Source of the DNA: Paraspadella gotoi
Taxonomy: Eukaryota > Animalia > Chaetognatha
NCBI GenBank assembly: GCA_051294375.1
Contig: CM119270.1
Span: 732,344-796,343 of the forward strand
Direction of reading: 5' to 3'
DNA: 64,000 nt
The notes beneath the pieces were generated by a model. The model saw only the letters and a list, made by a program, of their open reading frames with translations, was not told where the DNA came from and did no database searches. Of the stretch, positions 13,889 to 27,188 are shown piece by piece (the first letter of the stretch is position 1; each line of letters starts with the position of its first letter). The position numbers and the translations under genes were made by a program.

Positions 13889-14574
13889 TGATGCTAGATT
13901 AGAGAAGAGAGAGAGAGAAGAAGATGAGAGAGAGAAGAGAGAGTAGAGAAGAGCAGGAGAGAGAGAGGAGGGAGAGAGAATGAGAGAGGAAGAAGGAGGA
14001 GGTGGAGAGAGAGTCCAGAATTGCCCGCCTTACTATTAAAACAGTGCCGATAAAATTCTAAAGGATTTTTTCTCATTAATCTTCCTCTGCCAAATTGATA
14101 TCACTCGACGACGATTCCGACGATGACGACGCACGCACGAACGACGACGGGACGACGACGGACGACCGGGCAGAGGAACGCAAAATGTGTATGAGGGGAG
14201 AAGCTGCGTCGATGAAAAGCAGAAGAACCAGGGGGAATAATCGCTGTGTTACACTTTCGCTCTGTCTTTTCTTGTCTATAACGCTGACGTATTCTCGCGT
14301 CGGTCCTTCTCGTCTCTGTTTGTCCAGTCTGTCTCCGTGCTTATCATTCGGTTCTCGTGTCTCTGTTCCTACACAAAATAGCAATAGTTATAACAATAAA
14401 AAAATTACGATTTTTTTGCCATTTTATTTTTATTTTTCAACTCCTTTTTTTTGCCATAAGCCAGATGCCACTCGTTCTCTAGTAACACCTGCCACTTTTC
14501 AATCTGCCATCTCCCGAAAAATCCATTTTAAATCCTCTTGCCTTGTTCTTTCACTAACGCTCTCTCCTTTTCTT

Positions 14575-14810
14575 TCACCTTTTTTGTCAACCTATCTATA
14601 AAAGTTTTCAGAACTTCTCTTACCTTTCTTTGTCAACCTCTCTTTAAAAGTTTGTAGCACTTCTCTTCCCTTTCTTTGTCAATATCTTTTTAAAAATTTG
14701 CAGCACTTTTCTTACCTTTTTTTGTCAACCTCTCTTTAAAAGTTTGCAGCACTTCTCTTACCTTTCTTTGTCAACCTCTCTTTAAAAGTTTGCAGCATTT
14801 CACCTCTTTG
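14575..14810. repeat. About 46-bp minisatellite, about 5 copies, followed by (TTTTC)n
   Basis: Unit ttctcttacctttctttgtcaacctctctttaaaagtttgcagcac. Confidence 0.85.
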
Positions 14811-15384
14811 CATCTTTTGATTAATACTCAAGTAAATTCTCTTTTTTTCTTTTCTTTTCTTTTCTTTTCTTTTCTTTTCTTTTCTTTTCTTTTCTTTTCT
14901 TTTCTTTTCTTTTCTTTTCTTTTCTTTTCTATCCTCTCTTCTTTCTCCTTTCTCCCCTCTACCTCTCTCCATTTCTTCTTCCTCTTCTTCCTCCTTTCAT
15001 CTTCGCCGCATCATTTTAGATGTCCTGTAGTGAAGGTCAAACTCTCTCTCCCTCTCCCTCTCCCTCCCTCTCCCTCTCCCTCTTTTCCCAAAGGATTCTT
15101 TCATCCGCGTCTCGTGAAAACGCGAAGATGGCAAATGTCATTTTGGTCTCAGCTGAGGCCGACAAGAAATTCNNNNNNNNNNNNNNNNNNNNNNNNNNNN
15201 NNNNNNNNNNNNNNNNNNNNNNNNNNNNNNNNNNNNNNNNNNNNNNNNNNNNNNNNNNNNNNNNNNNNNNNNNNNNNNNNNNNNNNNNNNNNNNNNNNNN
15301 NNNNNNNNNNNNNNNNNNNNNNNNNNNNNNNNNNNNNNNNNNNNNNNNNNNNNNNNNNNNNNNNNNNNGGCGTCGCTGGTCGCG

Positions 15385-15750
15385 CCCCCCTCCGACCGCC
15401 CACCTCTGACCGCCCCCTTTGACCGCCCCCTCTGACCGCCCCCTGCGACCACCCCCCTCTGACCACCCTCCCTAGCTACTCCACACCCAAATGCCCCCTG
15501 CGATACACCTCCCCTGCCACTCCTTGCCACTCCACTGCCACTCCACTTACACTGCACTGCCACTCCTCTGCCACTGCACTGCCCACTAACCCTGCCACTC
15601 CCCTGACACTCCCGCACAATCCCGTGCCACTACTCTGCCACTCCACTGCCACTCCCCTACCAATCTCGTGCCACTCCCCTGCCAATCTCGTGCCACACTC
15701 CTGCCACTACACTGCCACTCCTCTGCCACTCACTGCCACTCCCCTGCCAT
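15385..15750. repeat. C-rich degenerate minisatellite
   Basis: Repeated ctgaccgcccc units followed by ctgccactcc-type units. Confidence 0.8.
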
Positions 15751-16403
15751 CCCCTTCCCCCTCTCTCTCGTGCTCCTCCTCTGCCTTCCTTCTTTTCTCT
15801 TCCCCTTTCTCCTTCTGAATGACCCGTCGCTTTTTCCTTTTTTTTTTTTCAAAAACCATTCCTACAATATTGGGCTCTCTTTTCCGAGACTGCCCCATTA
15901 AATATTGGGCTCTCTTAATCTTCCTCCCCGAATCGCGTCGTCGTCGTCGTCGTCGTCGTCTTCATCGTCGTCGTTCTTCATCGTCGTCGGCGTCATGGTC
16001 GTCAAGGATTCGCTTCGCCGTCAAATTCTGCTTATGTTTATTTCCCCCTCCTCCTCCCTCCTCCTCCTCCTCCTCCTCCTCCTCATACGACCCACAACCT
16101 TCTCATTTTTTTCTTTTCAGAATCTCCGCCTTTCTGTCTTCCTTTCTTTTTTTTTTTTTTTTTTCCTTTTTTCTTTTTTTTCCCTTTTTTCTTTTTTTTT
16201 TTTTTTCCTTTTTTTTTTCTTTTTTTTTATTTTTCATTTTTTTTAAATTTTTTCATATTTTTTTTCCTTGGTTTTTTTCTTTTTTAATTTTCCTTCCCCC
16301 CCTCTCTCTCTCTCTCTCTCTCTCCTCCTCTCTCTCTCTCTCTCTCTCTTCTCCTTACTTCCTCTCTCTTTCTATCTTTTCACTCTCTCTCTCTCTCTCT
16401 CTC

Positions 16404-16441
<38 letters not shown>

Positions 16442-16454
16442 TCCTCTCTCTCTC

Positions 16455-16493
<39 letters not shown>

Positions 16494-16629
16494 TTGTTTT
16501 TTATCAGTTTTCTTTTCAAAAGATTCCTCCTTTCTCTGACCTCAACGAATCCAGACCCAAGAATTAGCCCGAGTTCCCAGCGCAACCAACAAAAGCGCCT
16601 TGAGAGAAATACTCCAAGCTCCTATCTCT

Positions 16630-16693
<64 letters not shown>

Positions 16694-17006
16694 TCTCTCT
16701 CTTTGCCTCTCTCTCTCTTCCCTCTCTCTTCTCTCTATCTCTCTCAACACACCGGGGAGTCATCCTGTTGGACTTAGGGTGAATGACGAGTCGAGAGTCT
16801 GGGAAAGAGGATGATGACGACGACGACGACGACGACGATGATGACGATATCAACCACGATAACGACTTCAACGCCTCTGGCGACAATGATAACAACAACA
16901 ACAACAATTCCTACGACGACGAAAACAACAAAGATTTTGAGATAAAACAAATCGATAACAACAACAACAACAACAACTACGGCCTCCAAATGGTTTCGCC
17001 GCTGGA

Positions 17007-17062
<56 letters not shown>

Positions 17063-17353
17063 AAACGGCGTTAATTTACGTCGCTTAGATACGAGATTTT
17101 CCGACTGACCGACAAAGAAGAGGATGAACGACGACGATAACGACGATGACGACGACGATGCGGATTCGAATTCTTAAGCCAAAAATTTGGTAAATGGACA
17201 CGAACCAGTTCTTTCGTTTCAAAATAACTAATCTCTCAAGTTTGTTATTTTCACGCACTAGATTTTGTATTATTGTTAATATCAATATTTCACAAATAAC
17301 AAAGCGTGTACGTGAGTCAAAATCTAAAACTGCGATGGCGTGACGCCAATCCA

Positions 17354-17900
17354 TCAGCAGTGATCAACAACGATGGCGCCATCTTTCCCAACGACTTCTC
17401 TGTCGAATCTCTGGAATCGGCGCCGAGAATCCCCGTTACCCTGGATTCTATCTCTCCGAATTCCAGAGCGTAGTTGTCGTTGTTGTTGTTATTGTTGTTG
17501 TTAGAGATATTGTCGAGTCGTTCGTCTGTTAATTCTATAGCCCAAAGTTTGAATCCGTGATGCGTTGGAATCGTTGGATCGGGTTGAAGTCTTGTGCTGG
17601 TTCCTATGGACCTTGATTGGGGTTTTGAGCAACCAACGGGCAGAAGAGAAATAAAAGTATTTGTTATAAACAGAACAAGAGGGCGAATTTCTTGTTTTCA
17701 CAAAAAATTGTCATCAACTTTTGATTAACTCAGTATCATCGGAGGAAACGGATTGATCGTGTAGCTTGTCAGGGCGGGGTTGATGTTGCTCGGATTCGGG
17801 ATAAAAAATGAATTTAAATTCAAAGTAATTTAAGGAGTTTGGCTCAGCTGGTATGTTTGGCTCTCTTTTCTAAGAGTGCTCCATTTCTGTTTGTTTAACC
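17354..17900 (-). pseudogene. Broken pentraxin-like fragment D, closely related to paralog A
   Basis: About 17354-17603 encodes GFKLWAIELTDERLDNISNNNNNNNDNYALEFGEIESRVTGILGADS...DGAIVVDHC*, nearly matching the last exon of A but with frameshifts. About 17770-17820 resembles the start of A exon 4 (tcaaccccgccctg). Middle exons are missing. Sequence error cannot be excluded. Confidence 0.6.
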
Positions 17901-18441
17901 TGGAATTTAATTAAATTCATTAAAAAAACCAAATTTTAAATAACGTTATTTTATTACAAAATTACTTCATTGAAAAACATCAAGTGTCAATAAATGAAAA
18001 AGCATAAACATTGCACATTGCCATTCTATAATCATATCATTCTATAATATCATGTACAAAGGAGTCTTAATCATATTGATAAAAATAATCATATATGTAC
18101 AACCTTAATACCTTAAAATATTATTCATTCCCACCCATTTCTGTTCAGCCTTTTAGATATTAAGAATTTCTCATTAATGATTTTCTAACATGAATAATGG
18201 GTGATATCTATTGAGAAAACTGTCAACTAACTTCCCCATCCCAATGATTTATAAATTATATTTAAATTAGATAATTGAAAATAAAAGAAATGAGAAAAAA
18301 ATTAATAATAATAATAATAATAAATATTATTATTAATAAAATATTAAATGTTTCAAAATCTAAAAAAAACTAAAGATAGTGAAAGAATTTGTTTTGCAAT
18401 TTTTATACATAAGTGATGCGTCTGAGATTATTCGAATTCCT

Positions 18442-20228
18442 TCAACAGAAATCAGACTGAACAGCTCCATCAAATATCTCAATGTTTGGATCCCTCGGTT
18501 TTTCTAATTCCGACTTGAGTTTGGTTTCAATCTTCTCAAAATCCTGTCTCTCAACAATGTCGTCAAAAAATTTTTTATCCAACTCTTTTGTCCACATCAT
18601 GATTCGACGGATGCGTCCGCTGAAGCGTCGTATCGGATCATTCTGATAAGGGGATAAATTTAAGCGATGATATCTGAGTCGAACCCGCTCTTTATTGCTT
18701 TTTTAAGTCCAAATTTGAGCTCTCTTTTCCGAGAGGGCCGCATATCTGCAGAATTTTGTTTTAACCTTAAGAGTTAACCTAAACATATTCTTTCACCTAT
18801 AAATCAATCCTAAACCCGAACCCTATCCCTTATTTATAAACTTAACCTCTTGCCTTAAACCCTAATCCCTATCCTATATCCCAAACCCTAATCCCTATCC
18901 TATATCCTATATTTACTCAGTTCTGATTTTAGGATGAAACGGGGCGTTCTTGGAAAATGTGCCACAATTTGGTATGAGAATGTTTTTAGAAGCCAGGTGC
19001 CATGACACCAAAGCTTATTTAACCCAGAAATTATAGATATTTTTTTTAAATTTACAATCTAAAATTTTGTACTTAAGAATTTACTCAAATAGATGATAAT
19101 CCATACTTACGCTTGCTTTTCCAAATGTCAAAGTTCCTTTAAAATCATCATCTTTAATAATATTTCTAATATCTTCCATCTCAATGATTTTCCTTCCATC
19201 AATGTAAACGTACAAATCGACTTCAACAATGTTTATGGTGAACAGAAGCTGAAACATGGAAGTCAGATAAAAATATCACATTATTCCGTTTGTATACGTT
19301 CAAATTTTCAGTTGATGTTGATTACAGAAAAAAAGTAAACATTTTCAATTGAATCAGAAAGCATCAGATAAAAAAAATAAAAGATAATGAAATGAACTAG
19401 TGTTATGCAGACATATTGACAGAAGCTTAGAGAGACAGAGTCCAAAGTGAAATATATAGATGTCAATCGAACCTGAATCCAGTTGCCAACTGAACGATTA
19501 TATTTCCCAGAAAATGTCCTCATTTCCTTCTCATTGCCAACCTCCCTCCATTCAATATTCACAGAATTGTCGGTGAACAAAAGACGAAAGAGTTTTTCAT
19601 TTGAAGGAGGTTTTTCATAAATGAAGACAACACTTGTGTTGCGGATGGAATCGAAACTGATTTGCATGAGCAAAGTAAAACCTTGACTAGATGGGGCATT
19701 TGGGTCATCTTTTAATGTGTAGATGGCGTGAGCAGTTGAGTTAGAGGTAGGAAAATGAAGACACGGGTAATTGAAGGAGTCTTGGTAGGAAAAGGGTAAG
19801 TGAAAGAGATGCTAGTGTATTTAATTGGTACAAACAATATTAATGTATCTATTCATTCAATTATTAAGCTATCTTGCCTCTGACTTTGAACAAGCTATGG
19901 TGGTTTACAAGATAATCACAAAGCAAGCTTTCAATCAAGACTCTCTCACAAATTAATACATCAACGTGTATTAAATGATATTAAACGGTATTAAATGATA
20001 TAATGGTGTTAAATGGTATTAACTGTTTTTTATAAAAATAATAAACAGAAATTATATCGTGAGAGAGCAATGAGCAAAATGAAAAGCAAATATTAAGAAA
20101 AGTATTTTTCATCCAAATTAAATACTTCAAAATACTTACTCGTTTTTCGATAAGAAATATTTTGTCCCATTTCACTTTTCAATTTAAAGATTTTGCAATC
20201 ACCAAGTCGCAAACAAGAAAACGATTTT
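18442..20228 (-). CDS. Pentraxin-like protein, paralog B (4 clear exons; 5' exons unresolved, probably up to about 21.9 kb)
   Basis: Exons 20228-20140 (89 nt, SFSCLRLGDC), 19780-19473 (YPCLHFP...GFTLLMQISFD...GNWIQ), 19248-19111 (LYVYIDG...LTFGKAS), 18642-18442 (RFSGRIRRIMMW...DFC*) splice in frame with GT-AG and align to A and C. No convincing start/signal exon found. Confidence 0.8.
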
Positions 20229-20397
20229 CTGTATTATAATCAATAATTAGCAAGAATATCCCTTTTTGTATCATACTTGTAACAGAGGCTATCCATCACT
20301 GTCTCACAACAGCTTATTTGCACCAAAGAGGATTTTTTTTACCGAGAATGTTAATTATTCCCGGTGATCTACCCCATATATATTGTGTAGCAAGTGA

Positions 20398-20650
20398 AGA
20401 CGGGCATAGCATAAGTTCACCCCGCCTTTCAGCATGTCACCCTTAGTCGTGACCCGGTGGCTCATTGAGTAAAGCCATCAGCACATGAGCACTACGTACC
20501 TGGTTCCGTCCCAACCCCTAACCTGCGGGAAACGTGAGGACGCCCGTAAACCGCCTTGTAGGGGCCTGGAAACCCCCCAAGCCCGGTTCCAAACCCAGGA
20601 CCCGTTACATCGCAGCCAAGGGGGCATAGTAGTGACGGATGGTCGTCTTC
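20398..20650 (+). mobile_element. Uninterrupted copy of the same SINE-like family
   Basis: cgggcatagcataagttcac...gacccggtggctcattgagtaaagccatcagc...ggttccaaacccaggacccgtt matches the 93-560 copies. A 3' fragment also occurs at about 25335-25395 (mirror about 41125-41185). Confidence 0.7.
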
Positions 20651-20784
20651 AGCCCACTTATTGCTTTGGTGCTAGCTGCTAGGCTCATTGAAACAATTTC
20701 ATCACAAATACCGTAAAAATTACTTCAAAATAAGTTGTGGAGAAACAGAATCGCATTTATTACGTTCAAGTTCGGAATTCCGAA

Positions 20785-21098
20785 AGAAAAGCGCTTGATA
20801 ACCTAAATGAAAAATTACGATTTCGGAATCACATGTCACAGTGACATGAATAGTTTGAGTAGGATTTGAGTAGGATTTGTTATTTGTTATTTGTTATTTT
20901 GGAATCACATGTCACATTGACATGAAAAGCGCTTGATAACCTAAATGAAAAATTACGATTTCGGAATCACATGTCACAGTGACATGAATAGTTTGAGTAG
21001 GATTTGAGTAGGATTCGTTATTTGTTATTCGTTATTTCGGAATCACATGTCACATTGACATGAATAGTTTGAGTAGGATTTGAGTAGGATTTGTTATC
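20785..21098. repeat. Compound tandem repeat
   Basis: ggaatcacatgtcaca(g/t)tgacatgaa occurs four times, interleaved with tttgagtagga doublets and aaaagcgcttgataacctaaatg. Confidence 0.85.
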
Positions 21099-21582
21099 CT
21101 GCGATGGTAAACATAATTTTTAAATAGTATGATTCTTTGTGGAATTACATAGTAATAATGCTCGGGTTGATTTATTACTCAATTTTTCTGAGAGTAAATG
21201 CAGTTGACTTTGATTAACTTAAGATAGAAAATTATTAGAGATAATCATATAACAAATATTTAATGAGTAAAATGATCATTTAATTCATTAATTAAATTTC
21301 GAGGTAATTAACTACCGGCTGAGTTTCCTCTTATCCAAACGAGAACCAAAAAAACTGTTGCGCTCCATTCCATTTTTTAAAAAAATCGTTAAAACTCTGT
21401 TAGAGTTATTATTAAACATGTATAAATGTTTTTTAATGACCCTTTTGCCAAATAAGAATTAAAAATGAAATAGAGATGAGAGAGAGAAGATTCCTTACTT
21501 TTGGTAAGTTTACTTAACTCAGCCTTTTGTTTCTGTGCTGAATCGATAAAAAGGATAAACTTACCTGTTTGTTTTTGGAGCG

Positions 21583-21809
21583 AAAAAAGGGAAATCTTAT
21601 CTGACACAAAAAAGGGAAATCTTATCTGACACAAAAAAGGGGAAATCTTATCTGACACAAAAAAGGGAAATCTTATCTGACACAAAAAAGGGAAATCTTA
21701 TCTGACACAAAAAAGGGAAATCTTATCTGACACAAAAAAGGGAAATCTTATCTGACACAAAAAAGGGAAATCTTATCTGACACAAAAAAGGGAAATCTTA
21801 TCTGACACA
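21583..21809. repeat. 25-bp minisatellite, 9 copies
   Basis: Unit aaaaaagggaaatcttatctgacac; one copy has an extra g. Confidence 0.95.
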
Positions 21810-22357
21810 TCAGTGGCAACGGATATGATATTCCAGTGATAGGCTTAATAATTTTAGCTTTTGTGTGGCCCGCTGCATTAAACAAGCCCAAATACATTTA
21901 CAAATTTACTAATACTTCAAACATCGGATTGAATCTAGGCTTCAAGCTATAACTGATAAAAACAGTAATCTGTAATCGTTCTCTTTTTCACTTTTTTAAT
22001 CACTTTAATCATGAGATCATACTATATAATTTTTGTTATTTAATTTCATTTTTATTGTCTTTTATAACCTTATAATATAAAATATTTATTTTAAATACAT
22101 ATAAATGTTCAGTCTTTTCATTTAATCAAGATTTTATTCAAGGAAATCAAAAAAGAAAATAGGTTGTTGCACAAATAAAATTGAAAAACGATCTCCACTC
22201 CAAAAAAAAAACCAAAAAGTTTTGCCAAAAATATTCATAGATAAAATCCCAAAAAAATTGTATACTGATTTTTATTATTACATTCTTATTGTTGAATCTC
22301 GATTGTTCTAAAATCTTTATCAGGTTTTGTACAAAATTCTAATTCGAAATTAAGGAT

Positions 22358-25300
22358 TCAACAATAATCAGCTAACATGGCGCCATCTTTGACAACGATT
22401 TCTCTGTCGATGGAATCGGCACCGAGAATCCCCGTCACCCTGGACTCTATCTCTCCGAATTCCAGAGCGTAGTTGTCGTTGTTGTTAAAGATAAGGTTCA
22501 GCTGTTGGTCTATCAGTTTCTTGGCCCAAAGTTTGAATCCACGGATGCGTCCGTTGAGCTTTTGATTAGAGTCGAAGTTTGTTCCTGGAGTCCAGTCCTG
22601 AAGAAGATGTTACCGTGGGAGTGAATAAACGAGACTGTGAGTCTTGACTGAAAGCTCGCATGGACCGACTATCTCATCTCATCTCATCTCATCTCATCTC
22701 ATGAGAGAGTCTTGACTGAAAGCTTGCATGGACCGAGTCTCTCATCTCATCTCATCTCATCTCATCTCATGAGAGAGTCTTGACTGAAAGCTTGCATGGA
22801 CCGACTATCTCATCTCATCTCATCTCATGAGAAAGTCTTGACTGAAAGCTCGCATGGACCGACTATCTCATCTCATCTCATCTCATGAGAAAGTCTTGAC
22901 TGAAAGCTTGCATGGACCGGCTCTCTCATTATCTCGTAAGAGTGATGGAGGCCTGAAACCACCAAAGCCTGTTCAAAGTCAGGGACAAGATAGCTTATTT
23001 ATTAAATAAATGGATAATTTTCCTATTGGTTAAACCAATTTCATTAACACTTAAACTTAAATGCTGAAACTGAAAATTGTAAAGCAATAAAATACAAATA
23101 TTGTTTTCATTGTTAATGATTATTCAAAGAATAATAAATTTAGTTTTAAAGAGATAATTATCTCACTTTTCAAAGATTAATATATTTAGCTATATTTTGC
23201 TTTCTTTGCGATCGTTGCTTTACGAATACGAGGTCTCGTTTATTTAAGTTGTCAGTGTAATAATCAAATAATGAAATGAACTTTTTTTGGTCCGCCACAG
23301 CTCTTTTATCATTGTCGTGATTTTTGTGATTTTCGTTCTCACCGAATCTTGGCCAAAGAGAAATACTCCGTTTTTAAGAAATCCAGTTTTAGGAGCATTG
23401 TTGGCGCTCATTTTCTTTTCACCGTCGATGTAAACTCTTAATTCACCAGAGCATTTGCACCAAGTGATAAGCACCTGTACAGTGATAAAGTATAAATGAT
23501 GATCTGGTGTGAAAACCTAATATATAATCAGTAAGGCGGGCAAGATATTTAACATTTTTTACAATATGAAAAGGTCTGCAATAAAAGTATTCTGTCTTTT
23601 TACAACCAAATTGACTTATGATGTTAGATTTTGATTAAATTAATTTTCCTCATGCATGGAAGCATTTTAATATTTATCAATATATAAAAAATGCTTAAAA
23701 AAATTTTTAGAAATTTTAATTTTTAAAAATGAATTCTGATAAATATTAAAAAGTTATATTAAGGTTAGTAGTATACATTTAACAAATTTTCATGATAAAT
23801 TGGCTAAAATTTGAAAAAAAAACTTTAAAAATTATCATCATCATTATTATTTATTAAATTTTATAGTTTTTATTAATTTTCATAGACAAATTATTAAAAT
23901 TTCAAAAAGTTGTAATAATAACCTTCATCTAACATTTCAAGCTCTATCAGAATCCGTTAAATTTTTTTTCACGATCTTTAATAAAAACATTAACAATATT
24001 TATACCGGACTTCAGTTAGTTTGTAACCTGTTCCGCCTTCATAATCAGCCTAAATAGTAGCTAAAATTTTGATTGATTTTTACATTTTTTAAGAGTTAAC
24101 TTAGTACTTTCTAAGATATTGCACTTATCATCAATTGCATTCACATGTGGAGATTATCAAAAAAATAAATTTAATCTCATTAGGAAGTGAAAGCTCAATT
24201 TTCAACCATGTTATATTAAGAAAGCTAAAATTTTATCTCTCAATCAATTTTTATTGTGTTTTGTGTAAACTTTTGTTAGTTTTTAGATAAGCTTCACCAA
24301 ACTCATTATACCTTCATTTGAAACTCTACATCACAATCAGATATGTACTATAATAAAAGAGCAATTGTATAATAACCAATAATAACAAATAATTAATCAA
24401 TGTAACAACTAACTTGCCTGAATCCATTCACCGATCGGATGATTGTATTTAGCAGTATATGCAATAAGATGAAGATTTACAACAACATGTTCTTTGAGGA
24501 AATAAAAACCAAATCGGTTTGGTTCCCAGTTGTCGCCATATTGAAAAATTTCGTTGCTGTCAGAAGAGCTTTAATGGAGCCAATCAATCAATCAATCAAT
24601 GGGGTGGGTTAAAAGTGTTGAATTGGTAATTGGCAACCTCATCCTAATGAAACTTTATACTTTATACTGAATACATTTTCGTGGAAAGCACCCAAGCCTG
24701 ATTCCATGCTCATTAGAGCGTAGTGAAAGTTACGTACGGAAATTCTAAAAGTCAATTATGAACAACATACCATCAGTAAACATTAATTTGTAAAAAAAAT
24801 TAATTTTATGTTTTTTAATTTTCGCAGTAGGCTATATTTATATATAGTACTATCCTTATAAAATCGAAAATTTTCAAAATAAGCTTTTCTTAATTTTGAT
24901 TGCAGATTTGAATTCCTCGTCAAATGTTGATAAAAGAAAATATAAATCATTTTTAAAAATTCTTTCATTAAGTGGGTTTAATATTAAAAAAACTATATTT
25001 AATATATAAAAAGTTAATTTTCAGCTTAAAATATAACTTTTTCTAATTTTTGACCCACTTAATGAAGGAATTGTTCAAAAAGAGTTATATTTCTTTTTAT
25101 CAACTTTTTATGACGAATCCAAATCAGCAAAAAAATCTTAGAAAAAACTGTTTTGAAATTTTAACATTTATTGGATTAATACTAGTATAATTATGGCCTA
25201 CTGCGTAAATAGTAAAATTTATTATAAATTTTTTTATTACATAAATGTTCATTAGTATAATGTTGTTCGTTCTTCACTTTTAGAATTTTAATTAAAATTA

Positions 25301-26684
25301 AATTTAGAAATTTTACTATACCTTAATGCTCATGGGCCCGTTCCATGGCTGCTAAAGTGTTAAAGAAGTTGCGAATAGTACTCTTCAGCCTTCATTGAGC
25401 CTTATTCATACTCGTTATAATATTCATTAAGAAAAGAGTTTTTAAAATTTTTATATTGATTTTCCTTACAATTTTAGTAAAATCAGATTTAGAGAGCTAA
25501 TTTTGACGATAATTAGGTCAAAATCGGGAAAAGCTTTTTTAAAAAAATCATCATCATCATCATATGTTAATTGTAACACTTTTTGCTTATTTTCACCCAT
25601 AAAATGTCAAAATACTAAAATGTTGCAATTAAATTTTTTTGGTTTAACTTAGCAAGGTCTATCAGAATATGCCTATAAAAAAATTAAGATTTTTTTTTTA
25701 AAATTGGGAATATTGAAAGATTTCTGAACTACTATTATTTTAACTTAAGTATCAATACCTACAACTGTTTTAGACAACGCTGTTTCCTCTAACATTTAAA
25801 TTTGGTCAACATTCACTACCTTTTATCGAAGTAAATCTGGGTCAAGAAAGTCAAGGCGGACCAGACGGGACCCGCGGGATTCGGGTCATGCAGAGTGAGC
25901 AGAGAATGCGCCTTTGTGGCCAAAACAGGGAAGATAATGCAGGGCGGGGTTGAAGGAGCTGAATTGTAGGGAAATGAAATGAAGTCTGATCGATTTTAAC
26001 TATTATTAAATAAGGAGTTGTATCATAGTATCTCATGTTAAACTCACTTAGTTTTCGAAATGTGATGGAGCGATTTGTTTCACTCAAAACACTAATGTTT
26101 TCACAGATGTCGTCTTTTAAACAAATCGCTGAATCCCTAATGAAAAGTAGTACAACGAAATTCAGTATGTTAATTTGAAATTTTTTGAATATTTGAGCTT
26201 CTTTGTAAATATTGAAAAAACTCATAGTGAAATATAAAAATTACATTATTTACTAATTAGTTACTAATTCCTAAAATAGTACTAAATTGCTCTAAGTTGG
26301 GTTTCATTATCATCTTAAATATGTGTTACGTTTTTTAATGTCCATTTGTAATAGTTAGTTTTTATCTCTGAGATTTCATCATTGACTTAAACAATCAACA
26401 AAATTGGTATAGACTTAAAGTAACACAACATAAAAATTAATATACCTCATGAATGATGATGGTGCTATCCGGGCGTCAATATTTTTTGAATTACGAAAGA
26501 ACAACTCATCAGTTCCTGCAATAATGTATACCAAATAGTTAAAAAAAAGTTAAATAGTGAAAATTTTATTTAAATATATTATAGAAATAATAATTGACAT
26601 TACTCTTAATTATTTTAAGATGGACTCACCTTCAAGAACTCCAATCAATAAAAAAACAACGGCCGTCCAAGTTATTAACGCCAT
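22358..26684 (-). CDS. Secreted pentraxin-like protein, paralog A (7 exons, 300 aa)
   Basis: Exons 26684-26630, 26515-26446, 26136-26048, 25985-25820, 24568-24418, 23474-23343, 22597-22358 (903 nt, open; intron 5 has a GC donor). Signal peptide MALITWTAVVFLLIGVLEG. Motifs GEWIQVLITWCKCSGELRVYIDG, LKNGVFLFGQDSDWTPGTNFDSNQKLNGRIRGFKLWAKKL resemble the CRP/SAP GQEQD...F...Q...G.I....W segment; ends DYC*. Confidence 0.9.
22615..23050 (+). repeat. Dispersed repeat of unknown class with an internal tandem expansion (intron 6 of gene A)
   Basis: About five copies of gtcttgactgaaagct(t/c)gcatggaccg plus (ATCTC)n at 22640-22925. Related copies at about 19830-19950 (-), 29880-30015 (+), 43375-43565 (-) and 62448-62553 (+). 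Confidence 0.75.
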
Positions 26685-27188
26685 CTTTGTCACAGTTTAG
26701 CGACTTAATAAAAACAACTTCTCCAATTTCTCCTAAATAAACCACGCCTACTTCCTTCGTTGTTATTTATTAGCAAAAAAAAAAAATACGGAAAAAAATA
26801 AGATTCAACGTCGAGGCGAGTCTTTAGTTGTTGTTGTTATCATTGGTTTGTCTTATTGTTTTCATTGAAGCGACTTGCTTTGTCTTCAAAACGAATATTG
26901 ATGATAAAATCGTTCGAATTCGAAACAATTTTAAAGAGCGTGTAAGGGGCATGTAAGGATTTTCAATAAGTTATACTTTATAAGATTTTGTTCCTATTTT
27001 TTGAATGAATTTTTTTTACTTTTTTTTTTAATTTCAATTAAATATTTTTCAACGTTTACTTTTTGGATAAACCGAATCAATTCCGATTAAAGCAAATTAA
27101 TTTCGCGTGCGTCGCCAGTGTTGACAAAATTCTGAACCACCGGCGAACAACTAGGACTAGTTATATTAACACCGCCTCAACATGATAC

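Noticed and set aside
12958-15617. ORFs spanning N gaps
   Set aside because: Mostly X residues.
16783-17088. D/N/T-rich 101-aa ORF
   Set aside because: Built from (GAC)n and (AAC)n repeats that are common throughout the window; no splice or domain support.
18770-18910. Telomere-like ccctaa motifs (also about 3450-3600 and 60000-60140)
   Set aside because: Highly degenerate and scattered, with no perfect array.
21583-22925. Regular arrays as a possible CRISPR
   Set aside because: Direct tandem units without unique spacers, no cas genes, eukaryotic intron context.
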